Source: Squalus acanthias | Taxonomy: Eukaryota | Length of the DNA: 64,000 bases | Reading direction: 5' to 3' | Assembly: GCA_030390025.1 (NCBI GenBank) | Contig: CM059431.1 | Location: 120,592,001 to 120,656,000, forward strand | In this document: positions 13,148 through 26,813 of the stretch, one piece after another | Layout: every line of letters begins with the position of its first letter | Position numbering within the stretch: the stretch's first letter is position 1 | The notes under the pieces: model-generated | Told to the model about the DNA's origin: nothing | Seen by the model: the letters and a program-made list of their open reading frames with translations, nothing else | Database searches by the model: none | Program-made: the position numbers and the translations under genes

Positions 13148-13511
13148 CAGGAAACTCTTTATTAACCGGCACCGACGGGACCGGCGTGGTGCCGGTTAAT
13201 CAAAAAGTCCGGATAACGGAGAGTTATATCCCCCAACGTACGAGAGCCCCGTACACATTGACATGCGCCTGCATTCGGAGCTCCGTCTCCCCGGGGACCG
13301 CCAGCTGACCATCTGTCGTGTCCGCTGCCTACCCGGGCTGCACATTCCCCTCCCAATCTACACGCTCCGATACAAGGCAAATGCCTCGGGGTTTTTTTTA
13401 AAGTTATTTTTAAAGGAGAGATGAAGGAAAACCCCGGTTACCTACTCAAGAATTTTGCCGGTTAAGTGAGATTTCCGGTTATTTGGGTGCCGGTTAAAAG
13501 AGAGTTTCCTG
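13148..13511. mobile_element. Tc1/mariner (Tigger/pogo-like) MITE, 364 bp
   Basis: ~26-bp TIR caggaaactctttattaaccggcacc / ggtgccggttaaaagagagtttcctg; TA TSD at 13146-7 and 13512-3. Confidence 0.88.
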
Positions 13512-13999
13512 TACAGAGAAATGTGAAGTGGTATATTTTTGGAAAAAGGAAAATGAAAGCATGTATACCCTTAAAGGGGTCATTTTCTGACTGCACTAGC
13601 TGCAGGTAGCCTCGCTTCACTCACTCAAACATGGATTGTTTTGTGGTTAGAAAATCGAAGGAGCACGCACCAGAATTTCTGAAATGTGCAAGGCCGCCCA
13701 ATGGGAGCACAAAGTTAAAAAAATACTCTTATATAGTTGAGATTCTTAACAACGTGAAGAAGAGAAAGATCTGGGGATGCAGATTTGTTGACCTCTAAAT
13801 GTAAAACCGCAGGTAGAAAAGACCATAAACAAGGCAAATGGGATTCAGGGGAATGATTATAAAAACAAGGACATTATGTTGAATTTGTACAACATGATGG
13901 TCAGGGCATGGCTGGATTATTGACTGGAGTGCTGGGTATCCTATTGTAGAAAGCATATTGGAGTCGTAAAAGGGTGAAGATTTATCAGAATAATACCAA

Positions 14000-14440
14000 G
14001 AAAGAGAGGCTGGGTCTCTTTTCTCTTGAAAATAGAAGGCTGAGGGGCGACCTAATAGAGGTCTTTAAAATTATGAAAAATTTTGATAGAGTGGATACAG
14101 AGAGAATATTTCCACTTGTGGGGAAGAGCATTACTAGAGGCCATCAATATAAGATAGTCACCAGGAAATCCAATAGGGAATTCAGAAGAAATTTCTTTAC
14201 CCAAAGAGTGGTGAGAATGTGGAACTCGCTACTACAGGGAGTGGTTGAAGCGAATAGTATAGATACATTTAAGGGGAGGCTAGCCAAGCATATGAGGGAA
14301 AAGGGATCAGAGGGTTATGCTGATAGATTTAGATGAGGAAAGACAGGAGGAGGCTCGTGTGGAGCATAAACGCCGGCCTGGACTGGTTGGGCCAAATGGC
14401 CTGTTTCTGTGTTGTATATTCTATGTATGTAATCTTATGT
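14000..14440 (+). mobile_element. Younger CR1 3' end nested in the older CR1
   Basis: RLGLFSLENRRLRGDLIEVFKIM...FFTQRVVRMWNSL and 3' UTR gggccaaatggcctgtttctgtg. Confidence 0.88.
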
Positions 14441-14844
14441 AGGCTATAGTTATGCAGCAAGGCTTGAAAAATCAGAGCTTTGTGTCTCTAGGTTATGGAA
14501 GATTTTATAGCATTCCAAATTATGAAAGGTTTTGAAATGGTAAATAGCTGAATTGCTTAAAAGGACCATAACCAGAGGATGATCAACAAAAGAACGAAAG
14601 GGAAAGTTAGGAGAATTTTTTTTCATATTAGAACATGGGCACTTGAGCTGGATGTTCAAACATCATTTAAAAAGAAATTGATCAGGTATTTGAAAGGATT
14701 AATATAAAAGCAATTGTGAAAAGAACAGTGAAATAGCATTTGAGTGGATAGCTCCAGTTAAATAATTAGCACTGGCACAGGCACAATGGGCCAGATGGTC
14801 TCCTGCCATGCTGTAATTACTATGCTTCTATGTTATTTAACAAT

Positions 14845-16260
14845 GATATGCATTTATATATCACCTTTGACACAATAAACAGCCCACTGAACTTCACAGA
14901 GAGAACTGTAGATGGTGAGCAGTAATGGAAGAAATAGAGATGGTGACTAAAGGCATGGTTGAAGAGGTAGGTTTTTGAGGATGCTTTGAAAGGACAGGAC
15001 AGAAGTTGCCAGGGAGAGAAATTAAGAGAGACAGTCCCAAAGAATTGAGCCCAGAATGCATCCACTGAAGGCGGAGTGGGAAGAAGAGATATGCAAAGGA
15101 TAGAGTCTGCAGAATGGAGGGTGCACACTGAAACACAGGACTAGAGAAGGTAGTGCTGGCAAGGGCATGCACGAGTTTGCAAATGAGGATAAGGATTTTG
15201 AACACAATGCATTGGTGGACAGAGATGTCACATGGATGAGGATAATAAGAGAGTGGTACTTAGGGGGTGATTTTGCCAGCCCTGGGGAGGCGGGTTTCGA
15301 GGAGGGACAGCAGGGAAAATGGCAGAATCTAGGGATACCCATCCCGCCCCCAGCCCGCCTCCGTGCCATCTTCCCAGGAGGCGGGTACCCGACCCGCGCC
15401 GGGTCCCGTCTCCTGGAGGCGGGAAGGGGATTACAGCCACTTAACTGCCTGATTATCCCCATTTTTCCAACAGAGGGAAACCCCACCAGGGTCAGCGAGG
15501 CGAGCAGTGGGTCTGCGGAAGTGAGAGGGGTCCAAAAGTGCGCTGTGGAGGTGAGTGATGGGTGGAAGTGTGGAGAGGTAAGTATGTGAGGTGAGTGAAA
15601 ACTGTTAGAAAAAGTTTACTTATCTTTGTTTCTTCCTGCAGGCTTCAATCGTTTGGGATCCGGAGGCTTCGGCATCTCCACGGCAGAGATGACAGAATGG
15701 CTGCTGCATTCTCTGATGCAACAGCCATCTGATTTCTGCTCTGGAAATAGGTTTGGTGAATCTTGAGTACAAGAACTCACCAAACAACAGAGAATGTCAC
15801 TGTTTGACAGCTTCTCAAAGCTGTCAAATGATGACAATTCATCTGTCAAAAATGTTTGACAGATGAAACGTCATATGCTGACGTTCTCTGTCACCGGCTT
15901 TCCCTTAATTGGCCTGCTAAGCCCGCTGGGCGGGCTTAACAAGGTCAATCAAGGGAAAATAGCGTGGCTTGGTCAGACGTTGATGGAGGCGGGACTGAAA
16001 CCCGACAAGCAGCAGTCCCACCTCCAACGCGCCCCCATTGGCAAAATCAGCCTCTTATTGTGGGTTTAGGTGCAAGCAGTAGAGTTTTGGATGAGTTGGG
16101 ATTTATGTAGGGTAGAGCTTTTGAGGCAGGTGAAGTGAGCATTCCTGAAATTGGCAAAGGTGTGGATGAGAGTTTCACTGGTGGTGGAAGTGAGGTAAGT
16201 AAAGTAGAAATAGACAGGCTTGGTGAGGGATAGCACCATGGAGAAGGATGAACTTTCAAT
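14845..16260 (-). mobile_element. Old L2 fragment split by the element at 15263-16054
   Basis: FKILILICKLVH motif on the minus strand; L2-type 3' end at ~14850. Confidence 0.6.
15263..16054. mobile_element. Non-autonomous Harbinger element (792 bp)
   Basis: TIR gggggtgattttgcca / tggcaaaatcagcctc; TTA TSD at 15260-2 and 16055-7. Confidence 0.88.
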
Positions 16261-17004
16261 TTATGAATATACTAATTATATAGCTGAAGGAACTGTGCCT
16301 CCCTTATTGGTTAGCTGCACTTTTATTTATTGAGAATTCAGTTTTATTAACTAAGGCATAAATGATGCAATTAATTTTGGTAATTGAAAAAACTGAGTAT
16401 TACCTACCCTGATTGATCATTAAGGCTTTTTTGTCTTTTACTATAAGATTTCAAGGCATAGAAGAAAATATTTTTGCCTTATTAATTATTTAATTACTTG
16501 CAAAATCTGCCTAAATTGGAATTGCGGACACATTCCTGATCGTGAACTGCCTCACCTTACTTTCGAAAACTTCAGATTTCCTATATTAATTGTGGGCATC
16601 CTCAGCAAACATCTTCCCACAATGAAGAGCCACCCTTCCGATCACCGATTCTGAAGGGGAAGACCATGCCTGAGCACACTCTCAACTTCTTTGAGGTATT
16701 GACAGCACACGGGTACAGTTGTAAGCACTGACTTCCAAAAAGCTTTTGATAGTTTCAAATGAAAGGCTATTATTTAAATTCAAAAGCTGTGGGGATTTAG
16801 GGTAAACCCTAGGAATGGATAAGAAACTGGCTGAAGGGTAGGAAACATTGGCCGAGGTTTTGCAGTCAGCGACGAAGTTACAAAGTTCGAGCGGGCTCTG
16901 TGGCGTCGATTTCCCCTTTTCCGATGTGACGTTCCAGTTGGAGCCATCTATGGGGGATCTGTGGCGTCCAGCAACAGTGATGTCATCGATCAGCTTGAGC
17001 AGCC

Positions 17005-20000
17005 AACCCTTACCTGGTCTGGCCTATATGTGATTCCAGATCCACAGCAATGTGGTTGACTATTAACTGCCCTCTGAAATGGCCTAGCAAGCCACTCAGT
17101 TGTACGAATCCGCTTGGAAAATATAAGAATAAAACCGGATGGAACACCCAGCATCGACCTGGGCACCGGATTGGAAATGACAAAGGCCCACTCAGCCCAG
17201 TCGACCCGGCAAAGTTCTCCTCACTCACACCTGGGAGAGCTGTCCCACAGACTAGTCAAGCAACAGTTGACATAGTCATACTCACAGAATCATACCTTTC
17301 AGCCAACGTCCCAGACTTCTCCTGGGTGTGTCCTGACACGTCGGCAGGACAGACCCACCGGTGGTGGCACAGTTACCATACAGTTGGGAAGGAGTGGTCC
17401 TGGGAGTCCTCAACATTGATTTTGGACCCCTTGAAGTCTCATGGCATCAGATCAAACATACGCAAACAAAACCTCCTGCTGATTACCACCTACCACCCTC
17501 CCTCAGCTTATGATTCAGCATTCCTCCATGTTGAACACCACTTGGAAGAAGCATTGAGGGTAGGAAGGGCACAGAATGTACTCTGAATGGGGGACATCAA
17601 TGTCTATTACCAAGAGTGGCTCGGTAGCACCACTACTGACCGAGCTGGCCGAGTCCTGAAGGACATAACTGCCGGTCTGGGCCTGCGGCAGATGGTGAGA
17701 ACCACCACAAGAGAAAACCCAACTTGACCTCGTCCTCACCAATCTACCTGTTGCAGATGCATCTGTCCATGACAGTATTGGTAGGAGTGACCACCGCACA
17801 GTCCCTGTGGAGACAAAGTCCTGTATGCATACTGAGGACACCCTCCATCATGTTATATGGCACTACCACTGTGCTAAATGGGATAGATTCAGAACAGATC
17901 TAGCAACTCAAAACTGGGCATCCATGAGGCACTGTGGGCCATCAGCATCAGCAGAATTGTATACCACCACAATCTGTAACCTCAAGGCCTGGCTTATCCC
18001 TCATTCTACAATTAGCATCAAGCCATGAGACCAAGCCTGGTTCAATGAGAAGTGCAGAATAGCAAGCTAGGAGTAGCACCGGGCATACCTAAAATGAGGT
18101 GCTAACCTGGTGAAGCTGCAACACAGGACTACATCAATGCTAAACAAAGGAAGCAACATGCTATAGACAGAGCTAACCGATCCCACAACCAATGGATCAG
18201 ATCAAAGCTCTGCAGTCCTGCCACATCCAGTTGTGAATGGTGGTGGACAATTAAACAACTAACAGGAGGAGGAGGCTCCATGAATATCCCCATCCTCAAT
18301 GATGGCTGAGCCCAGCACGTGAGCGCAAAAGACAAGGCTGAAGTGTTTGCAACCATCTTCAGCCAGAAGTGCCAAGTGGATGATCCATCTCGGCTTTGTC
18401 CTGAGTTCCCCACCATCACAGAAGCCAGTCTTCAGGCAATTCGATTCACTCTACGTGATATCAAGAAACAGCTGCACGCACTGGATACAGCAAAGGCTAG
18501 GGGCCTCGACAACATCCCGGCTGTAGTGCTAAAGACTTGTACTCCAGAACTAGCCGCGCCTCTAGCCAAGATGTTCCAGTACAGCTACGATACTGGCATC
18601 TACCCGATAAAGTGGAAAATAGCCCAGGTATGTCCTGTCGGCAAAAAGCAGGACAAATCCAATCCTGCCAATTACTGCCCTATCAGCCTACTCTCAATCA
18701 TCAGCAAAGTGATGGAAGATGACGTCGACAGTTCTATTAAGTGACAATTACTCATCAATAACCTGCTCACCGATGCTGAGTTTGGGTTCCACCAGGACCA
18801 CTTGGCTCCAGACCTCATTACAGCCTTGGTCCAAACATGGACAAAAGAGCTGAATTCTAGAGGTGAGGTGAGAGTGATTGCCTTTACATCAAGTGGCATC
18901 AAGGAGCCCTAATAAAATTAAAGTCAATGGGAATCACGAGGAAAAACTCTCCACTGGCTGGAGTCATACCAAGCACAAAGGAAGATGGTTGTGGTTGTTG
19001 GAGACCAATCATCTTAGCCCCAAGACATCACTGCAGGAGTTCCTCAAGGCAGTGTCCTTGGCCCAACCATCTTCAGCTGCTTTATCAATTGCCTTCCCTC
19101 CATCATCGGGTCAGAAGTGGGGATGTTCGCTGATGATTGCGCAGTGTTCAGTTCCATTCACAACTCCTCAGATAATGAAGCAGTCCATGCCCACATGCAG
19201 CAAGACCTGGACAACATTGAGGCTTGGGCTGATAAGTGGCAAGTAACATTCGCGCCACACAAGTGGCAGACAATGACCATCTCCAACAAGAGAGAGTCTA
19301 GCCACCTCCTCTTGACATTCAACAGCATTATCATCGCAGAATCCCCCACCATCAACATCCTGAGGTTCACCATTGACCAGAAACTTAACTGGCTCAGCCG
19401 CATAAATACTGTGGCTACAAAAGCAGGACAGAGGCTGGGTATTCTGTGGCGAGTGACTCACCTCCTGACTCCCCATCATCTAAAGGCAAAAGTCAGGAGT
19501 GTGATGGAATACTCCCCACTTGCCTGGATGAGTGCAGCTCCAACAACACTCAAGAAGCTCGACACCATCCAGGACAAAGCAGCCCGCTTGATTGACACCC
19601 CATCCACCACCTTAAACATTCACTCCCTCTACCACTGGTGCACCGTGACTACAGTGTGTACCATCTACAAGATGCACTGCAGCAACTCACCAAGGCTTCT
19701 TCGACAGCACCTCACAAACCCATGACCTCTACCACCTAGAAGGACAAAGGCAGCAGGCGCATGGGAACACCACCACCTCCAAGTTCCCCTCCAAGTCTCA
19801 CACCATCCTGACTTGGTAATATATCGCCATTCCTTTATCGTTTGGGGTTAAAACCCTGGAACTCCCTCCCTAACAGCACTGTGGGAGTTCCTTCACCATA
19901 CAGACTGCAGCGGTTCAAGAACATAAATCACTACCACCTTCAAGGGCAATTAGGGATGGGCAATAAATGTTGGTCTTGCCATCGACTCCCACATCCCAGG

Positions 20001-20012
20001 AATGAATAAAAA
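17005..20012 (+). mobile_element. Near-full-length non-LTR retrotransposon of the CR1/L2 group (APE endonuclease + RT), pseudogenised; distinct from the classical CR1 copies
   Basis: DIVILTES, TTYHPPS, SDH (APE); [33 protein letters not shown] (RT); 3' end gggatgggcaataaatg...gaatgaataaaaaa. Confidence 0.9.
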
Positions 20013-21544
20013 AGAAATAATCTGTTGTAGTAAAAATAGGGGGCAGATGTTCAAATAGTAAAGGTAATTTTAGGACTGATATCAGGAAATTATTCATTCA
20101 CTAAGAGTGATTACTATGTAAAATAAACTTCCATGTAGATTAGTGGAAATAGAAATCTTAGAATAATTTAAGAAACAACTATAATGGAGGGATATTGTGA
20201 TGTATCTGGAAGGATGAGTTAAGTCACAGCAAATGATCTTCCTCATCTGTAATTATCTTGTGATCATGTGGCTCTCCTTGATGGTTTACTAGGTTAGACC
20301 TCCACCTCATGACAACCTTGACTGAAGATTGCCATTAACAGTTTCCCTGTCTATGTCTTCCTCAATGAAAATGATAATTCACCTTTCTGTGACCAAGAAG
20401 CCTTTTCAACAATCTTCTTGACTTGATAGTCCCTGGTGGTTATACAGTTTAAGCGAACTTGCAACAGTTTACACCCAAGGATTGATGTTTGATCTCTCAT
20501 CATCTTCTAACAATACCTTGCATTTATATAGTGCCTTTGATGTAGTAAAATGCCCCAAAATGTTTCATAGTGAAGGATTGGACCTGAGCAGGAGTAGGAA
20601 GGAGGTTAGGGAAGGTGGCCAACGGAGTCTTTTGAAGGTGAGGAAAGATGTAGTAATGCAGAGGATTTAGGAAGGGAGTTCCAGAAAGTGGGGAGATGAT
20701 AACGGAAAGCTCTGCCATTGATGGTAGAGCACAGGGAAAGTGGAATACACAGTGGACCAGAGTTGGGAGAGTGGAGGGTTAGTTCAGGAGGATTTTGAAG
20801 TTGATGTGCTGAGGAACATAAGAACATAAGAAATAGGAGCAGGAGTAGGTCATATGGGCCTCCAAGCCTGCTCAACCATTCAATAAGCTCATGGTTGATC
20901 TTCTACCTCAACACCACTCTCCCACCCTATCGCCATATCCTTTGATTCCCTTAGTGTCCAAAGGAACAAGGAGGAAATGCATGTAAGCAGGATTGGTTCA
21001 TAGATGACCATGACATTGCTCAGAATAGGATGCAGGTGGCAGAGTTTTGGATGAACTGAAGTTTAGGTAGGGTGGTGCTTTGGAGGTCAGGAAAGAGGGC
21101 ATTGGACAAATCAAATCTGTAGGGGAAAAGGATATGGATGAAAATTTCAGAAGCAGTGGGGATAACGTAAGGGTGGAGATAGGCAGAGGCTACACACCTG
21201 CTCCTTCTCAGCTCCCTCTCCAACTTACAACTCTTGCTTCTCAGACACTCCACCCATCATAACACCACTTTTTCTGTTAACATACTCAACAGCTCCCGTG
21301 TTTCTGCTTTTGACATGCTGGTTGTTCCCCAGTACAACACTCAGCTTGGCTTCCTCAAATTCAAGGGCTATAGGTTTGAGTGAATATGGTGCATAATTGA
21401 CCAGAGATCTGGTTCAACTATCTGAAAAAAATGTTTCTTCCTATCTATAGCCAAATCATCTTATTAATTCTGGATCATTCTGGAAGGCAAGAAAAATGCC
21501 AAATTCCAAATTGATCCAGGTAGCACATACTGCCTCATTGAACC

Positions 21545-21770
21545 TGTTGTCAGCCTCTGTACTTGGATTCTGATAAGGTGTCATTAACCAAGGCTGTTAC
21601 ATTGCTGTTACTGAGCAGTGCAGGTATGCTGGATTGCCTCAGAATATACAAATCTGGGCTACTCCTCATGTAGCATGCACTATCATGCAGAATGAGATAG
21701 TTAGCATCACTCACTATCCAGACATTTAGGGACTGAAGTTCCTTCCTGGTCATGTAGTTGAAGGACTTTT
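21545..21770 (-). pseudogene. Old Harbinger transposase remnant (probably continuous with 23165-23530 across the L2)
   Basis: LQSLNVWIVSD...SSPDLYILRQSSIP, homologous to FHSLNVQ..GSCHD.FILRQS. Confidence 0.6.
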
Positions 21771-21792
21771 AGATGGAGCTTTTATAGTCATA

Positions 21793-23160
21793 ATAACAAC
21801 AGCAAGTTGCATTTATATAGCACCTTTAATGTAGTAAAATATCCCCCACAGGAATGTATCAAACAAAATTTAACACCAAGCCACATAAGGAGATATTAGG
21901 ACAGGTGACAAAAAGCTTTGTCAAAGAGATAGATTTTAAGGAGCGTCTTCAAGTAGGAGAGAGAGGTAAAGAGGCAGAGAGGTTCAGGGAGGAAATTTCA
22001 GAGCTCAGGGCCTAGACATCTGAAGGCACAGCGGCGAATGGTGGAGTGAATAAAATCAGGGATGTGCAAGAGGAGCTCAGATATCTCAGAGGGTTGTGGG
22101 GCTGGTGCAGGTTACAGGGATAGGGAGGGAGAGGCCATGGAGAAATTTGAAAACAACAATGAGAATTTTAATATCGAGGCATTGCTGGACCGTGAGCCAA
22201 TGTAGGTCGGCGAGCACAGGGGTGATGGGTGAATGGGACTTGGTGCGAGTTAGGATATGGGCAGCAGAGTTTTGTATGAGTTCAAGTTTACGGAGGGTGC
22301 AAGGTGGGAGGCTGGCCAGAAGAGCTTTGCAACTGTCATGTCTAGAGCTAACACAGACATCGATGAGGGTTTCAGCAGCAGATGAGCTGAGGCAGGTATA
22401 GAGACTGGTGATGTTACGGAGGTGGCAGTAGGTGGTCTTGCTGATGGAGAGGATATGGGGTTGGAAGCTCAGCTTAGGGTCAAATAGGATGCCAAGGTTG
22501 AGAATGGTCTGGTTCAGCCTCAGACTGGCCAGGGAGAGCGATGGAGTTGGTGCCTAGGGAATTGAGTTTGTGGCGGAATCAAAGACAATGGCTGAGATCT
22601 TTCCAATATTTAACTGGAGGAAATTTCTACTCGTCCAATACTGGATGTCAGACAAGCAGCGTGACAAAGCAGAGGAAGTGGGGCGGGTGGTCGAGAGAGG
22701 GGGTCGTGAGGTAGAGCTGGATGTTGTCAGCATACATGTGGAAACTGACGTTGTGTTTTCAGATGAAGTCGCCAAGGGGCAGCATGTAGATGAGAAATAG
22801 GAGGGGGCCAAGGATAGATCCTGGGGGACTCCAGCGGTAACTGTGTGGGAGAGGGAAGAGAAGCTATTGCAGGTGATTCTCTGGATGCGACCGGATAGAT
22901 AGGAATGGAATCAGGCGAGTGCAGTCCCACCCAGCTGGACAATGGGGGAGAGGCATTGGAGGAAGCTGTTGTGGTCAACCATACCAAAAGTTGCAGACAG
23001 GTCGAGAAGGATGAGGAGGATACCACAGTCACGGTTATAAAGGATGTAATTTGTGACTTTGATAAGAGCCGTTTCATGTACTGTGGCGGGGAGGAAACCT
23101 GATTGTAGGGGTTTAAACATGGAATTCCGGGAAAGATGGGCACAGATTTGGGAGGCGACA
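21793..23160 (-). mobile_element. L2 LINE RT/3' fragment
   Basis: GPLLFLIYMLPLGDF..HNVSFHMYADNIQLYL, FLQLNIGK, HETALIKVTN on the minus strand; L2 tail. Confidence 0.88.
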
Positions 23161-23164
23161 ACAC

Positions 23165-23530
23165 ATTCAGGGATTTGAATCGGTGGCATTAAAGGCACTA
23201 TGCACTTGTGTGAATTTAGCCACTCAGAAGTTGTTGAAGGCTCGTTCTCTTTGCTTTGTTGGGTCCATGTGGAACTGAATGAGAGATGCCTGAACATGAC
23301 ATCCGTGTTGTGTCTAAAGCAGTGACGACCTGCTGACAGATTGATGTGACAAATGTCATCAGCTGCTGCCTGGAAGTATCCAAATGCATAAAAGTTAAGT
23401 GCTTTTGTCACCTTCACATTCATAAAGAAGGGAGTGTCCCCGGTGAAAAGAGGCTTCAAGCTAAATTCCAACAGTTGGATATATCTGTGTTGCCGCCAGG
23501 AGCAAAATGCAACCTTCTCAGACATTGCCT
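23165..23530 (-). pseudogene. Old Harbinger transposase N-terminal remnant
   Basis: VKVTKALNFYAFGYFQAAADDICHI, homologous to [24 protein letters not shown]. Confidence 0.7.
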
Positions 23531-23574
23531 TTAGGAAACATCCAGATAGGACTTACTTTGTCTGCAGACCCGAT

Positions 23575-24100
23575 GGGGGGGAATCTAACCCCAAAAAACG
23601 GGTGCGTTTGGGTCAGGTGGGAGGTTAAAGTGTTAAAAATCTGAATCACTGTCCCGAACCGGCCCACTTCCGGTTTTAACAGAGTCAGGAATGGGAGGCG
23701 GGCAGCCGTCCCGCTCCCAGGAGGCGGGTTGGCGCTTTAAATATGATAATGAGGCTGGAAGCCTTGTATTTAACCTGATTCGCAGGTTTAACTGTGGCCG
23801 GCCAGGGGTTCCCAGGCCTCGGGGTTCCCGGTAGCTGTAGCGAGGAGAGGACAACTTCGGGGAGCACTCCTTGTGGGCCGGGAGGAGCCGGCATGCTTCC
23901 CCCCAGCCCCCCCAAAGTCCCCCACCATCAGCACCCCGCCAAGATCGCACCCCCCCTTTGGAGTCGGGGATCGGATCTACCTGCGACTGCGGCCTCGTCA
24001 CTAGCGTTCCCCACCCGACTGGAAGCTAAGCCAGGCTGACTTCCGGGCGGGGAACCAGTCAGTGACGTCACACGCACGATGTGGAGTTAAAACATATGAA
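23575..24100 (+). mobile_element. GC-rich non-autonomous Harbinger-like element (partial)
   Basis: Colinear with 58028-58400 (gggaggttaaagtgttaaaaat...cccacttccggttttaac...ttaaatat..taatgaggctg). Confidence 0.7.
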
Positions 24101-24613
24101 TCGGGTGTTGCTTACAATGAAGCTGCTGCACCCGCCTAGCTTCCGTCCACTCTTCCTCTATGTCATCCTCTTCCTCAAAGCATTGGAACTATGGAATACC
24201 CAAAGGAAACACACCATTATTTCACAATGCAGAGGTCCCTTTGAATTCTCAGCATGTTTCACAAAGTGCCTTAAAGTGCTCAGAAACTATGAGGGGAATT
24301 TTAACATGGTGGAGCAGGTGGGTTCGGGTACGGGTGGGAGGTCAAATCCGGGGAAGCTGGCTCCAACCCGGCAACTTTCACATTTCACTCCAGCGCATTA
24401 TGCTGCGTGCATGTAATTCCCTCGGGAGAGGCGGGATGCCAATTAACATATGTTAATCGCTCAATTAAAGCAATTTTTGCACACACTTTTGAATTTAATG
24501 TCGAGTCCACGGGTTTCCCGGGCTTCCTGAAACTCGCCAGTGAAAGCAAGGTGAGAGCACAGCAGCCATTGAGGGGGTCAATCAATCTCATGAAAATATG
24601 GCAATAAATACTC

Positions 24614-25540
24614 AACAGCAACTTGTATTTATATGGCGCCTTTAACATAGTAAAACGTCTCAAGGCGCTGCACAAGAGTGTTATCAAACAAAATTTGAAC
24701 CGAGCCACATAAGGAGATATTAGGGCAGATGATCAAAGAGATAGTTTTTAAGGAACGTCTTAAAGGAGGAAAGAGAGGTAGAGAGGCAGAGAGGTTTAGG
24801 GAGGGAATTTCAGAGCTTAGGGCCTCGGCAGCTGAAGGCACGACCACCAATGGTGGAGCGATTAAAATCGGGGATGCGCAAGAAGCCAGAATTGGAGGAG
24901 CGCAGATATCTCAGAGGGTTGTTAGGGCTGGAGGAGATTACAGAGATAGGGAGGCGCGAGGCTTGGGAGGGATTTGAAAACAAGGGATGAGAATTTTAAT
25001 ATCGAGGGATTGCTCAACCAGGAGCCAATGTAGTTCAGCGAGCACAAGGGTGATGGGTGAACGGGACTTAGTGTGAGTTGGGATACGGGCAGCAGAATTT
25101 TGATCTTAAGTTTATGGAGCGTTGAAGATGGGAGGCCAGGCAGGAGTGCGTTGGAAGTCATGTCTAGAGGTAACAAAGGCATTGATGAGGGTTTCAGCAG
25201 CAGATGAGCTGAGGCAGGGGCGGAGTCAGGCGATGTTATTGAGGTGGAAATAAGCGGTCTTAGTGATGGCGTGGATATATTGTTGGATACTCATCTCGGG
25301 GTCAAGTATGACTCCAAGATTGCAAATAGTCTGCTTCATCTTCAGACAGTTGCCAGGGAGAGGGATGGAGTCGATGGCTAGGGAACGGAATTAGTGGCGG
25401 GGACCAAAGACAATGGCTTCGGTCTTCCCAATATTTTCTTGGAGGAAATTTCTGCTCATCCAGTACTGGATGTCGGATAAGCTATCAAGCAATTTAAAGA
25501 CAGTGGAGGTGTCGAGAAAGGTGATGAGGTGGTGGTGAAT
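24614..25540 (-). mobile_element. L2 LINE 3' fragment
   Basis: L2 tail aacagcaacttgtatttatatggcgcc; SNALLPGLPSSTLHKL. Confidence 0.88.
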
Positions 25541-25668
25541 TAGAGTTCACAGCTGCTTTCTTACTTGCTCATGGGAAAGGGTTTGTTCACAACACTTTTG
25601 CTGAGAGTTTACTTTCTACACTTTGGAGGTTTGTTCTACACTTTGGAGGTTTGTTCTATCACATCAGG

Positions 25669-26813
25669 ATGGGTGGCACTTTGGCTGCCTTCGATTGGAC
25701 CTCAATGAGGAGCAACATGACCAGCACCAGCACCAGCAACCTGCTGGTCACAGACTTGTAGCTGCACAGGAGAGAGGGAAGCAGCAGAGAGGGGAGCAGT
25801 TGGCAGGAGGCACTACCCACGAAACAGGGTCTACAGGCAGAGACTGAGTTTCCTTGACATGTCTGAACATCAGTGCCTCTGGAGGCTCAGGTTGTCATGT
25901 CAGGTGGTGGTAGATATCTGCAGCCTTCTAGAAGAAGACCTGCTCCCTGCTGGACCTGGTGGCCACGTGTTACCAATGGCTCTCAAAGTCACCACCATCC
26001 TCAACATTTTTGCCTCCGGATCCTTCCAAGGTTCTGCCATAGACATAGCCAGGATCTCCCAGTCGGCAGCACAAAAATGCATAAGACAAGTTACTGATGG
26101 TTTGGTTGCCAGAACAGGCAATTATCTCAACTTCACTTGTGATGACACCAGTCAGAATGAACAAGTGATCGGGTTTGCATCTCTGGCTGGGTACCACAGA
26201 TTCAAGGTGTCATCGACTGCACACACATGGCAATCCAAGCACCCCCAGGTCAACCAAGATTATTCATCAGTCGCAAGAGCTTCCACTCCATCAATGTGCA
26301 GCTGGTATGCAACCACAAAAAGATATTTCTGCAGGTGTGCACAAGATTCCTGGGGAGCTGCCACGATGCTTTCATACTGCGGAGGTCCAAGCTCATTGAT
26401 GTCTTTGGACTGCAAGCAGATGTAAGGGGTGGCTGCTAGGTGACAAGGGGATACCCGCTTCAAGCTTGGCTGCTGAAACCCATCAGAAACCCGAACATGA
26501 AGTGCAACATCACTACAATGACTGCTGAATGACCACCAGATGTGTGATCAAACAAGCCATCGTCAGGCTGAAGATGTGCTTCAGGTGCCTAGACAGATCT
26601 GGAGGCATCCTTCAGTACACAGCAGCCAGGGTTTCCAGAATGGTCATGGTTTGCTGCAGTCTGCACGACATTGCGCAGCAGCAAGGCTTGGACCTGCAGG
26701 AGGAACAAGGCGAAGAGCTCAGATTCTCCTCAGACGAGGAGAAGGAAGACGAGGTGGAAGAAGGTGATGAGGGCAATGCACCACCAGCTGCGCACATTGC
26801 TACCCAGGATGTC
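25669..26813 (+). pseudogene. Harbinger DDE transposase, frameshifted
   Basis: [69 protein letters not shown]. Confidence 0.88.

Larger units (their letters stand above)
10575..14820 (+). mobile_element. Old degraded CR1 RT/3' region hosting several insertions
   Basis: Residual motifs gtagatgtactttacatg (VDVLYM), gtggtctgcccaagggatctgtgctg (GLPKGSVL), aagtttgctgataatacc (KFADNT); CR1-like 3' end ~14790. Confidence 0.65.

Noticed and set aside
22911..23525. 204-aa Harbinger-L2 fusion ORF
   Set aside because: Chance read-through across an insertion junction between two decayed elements
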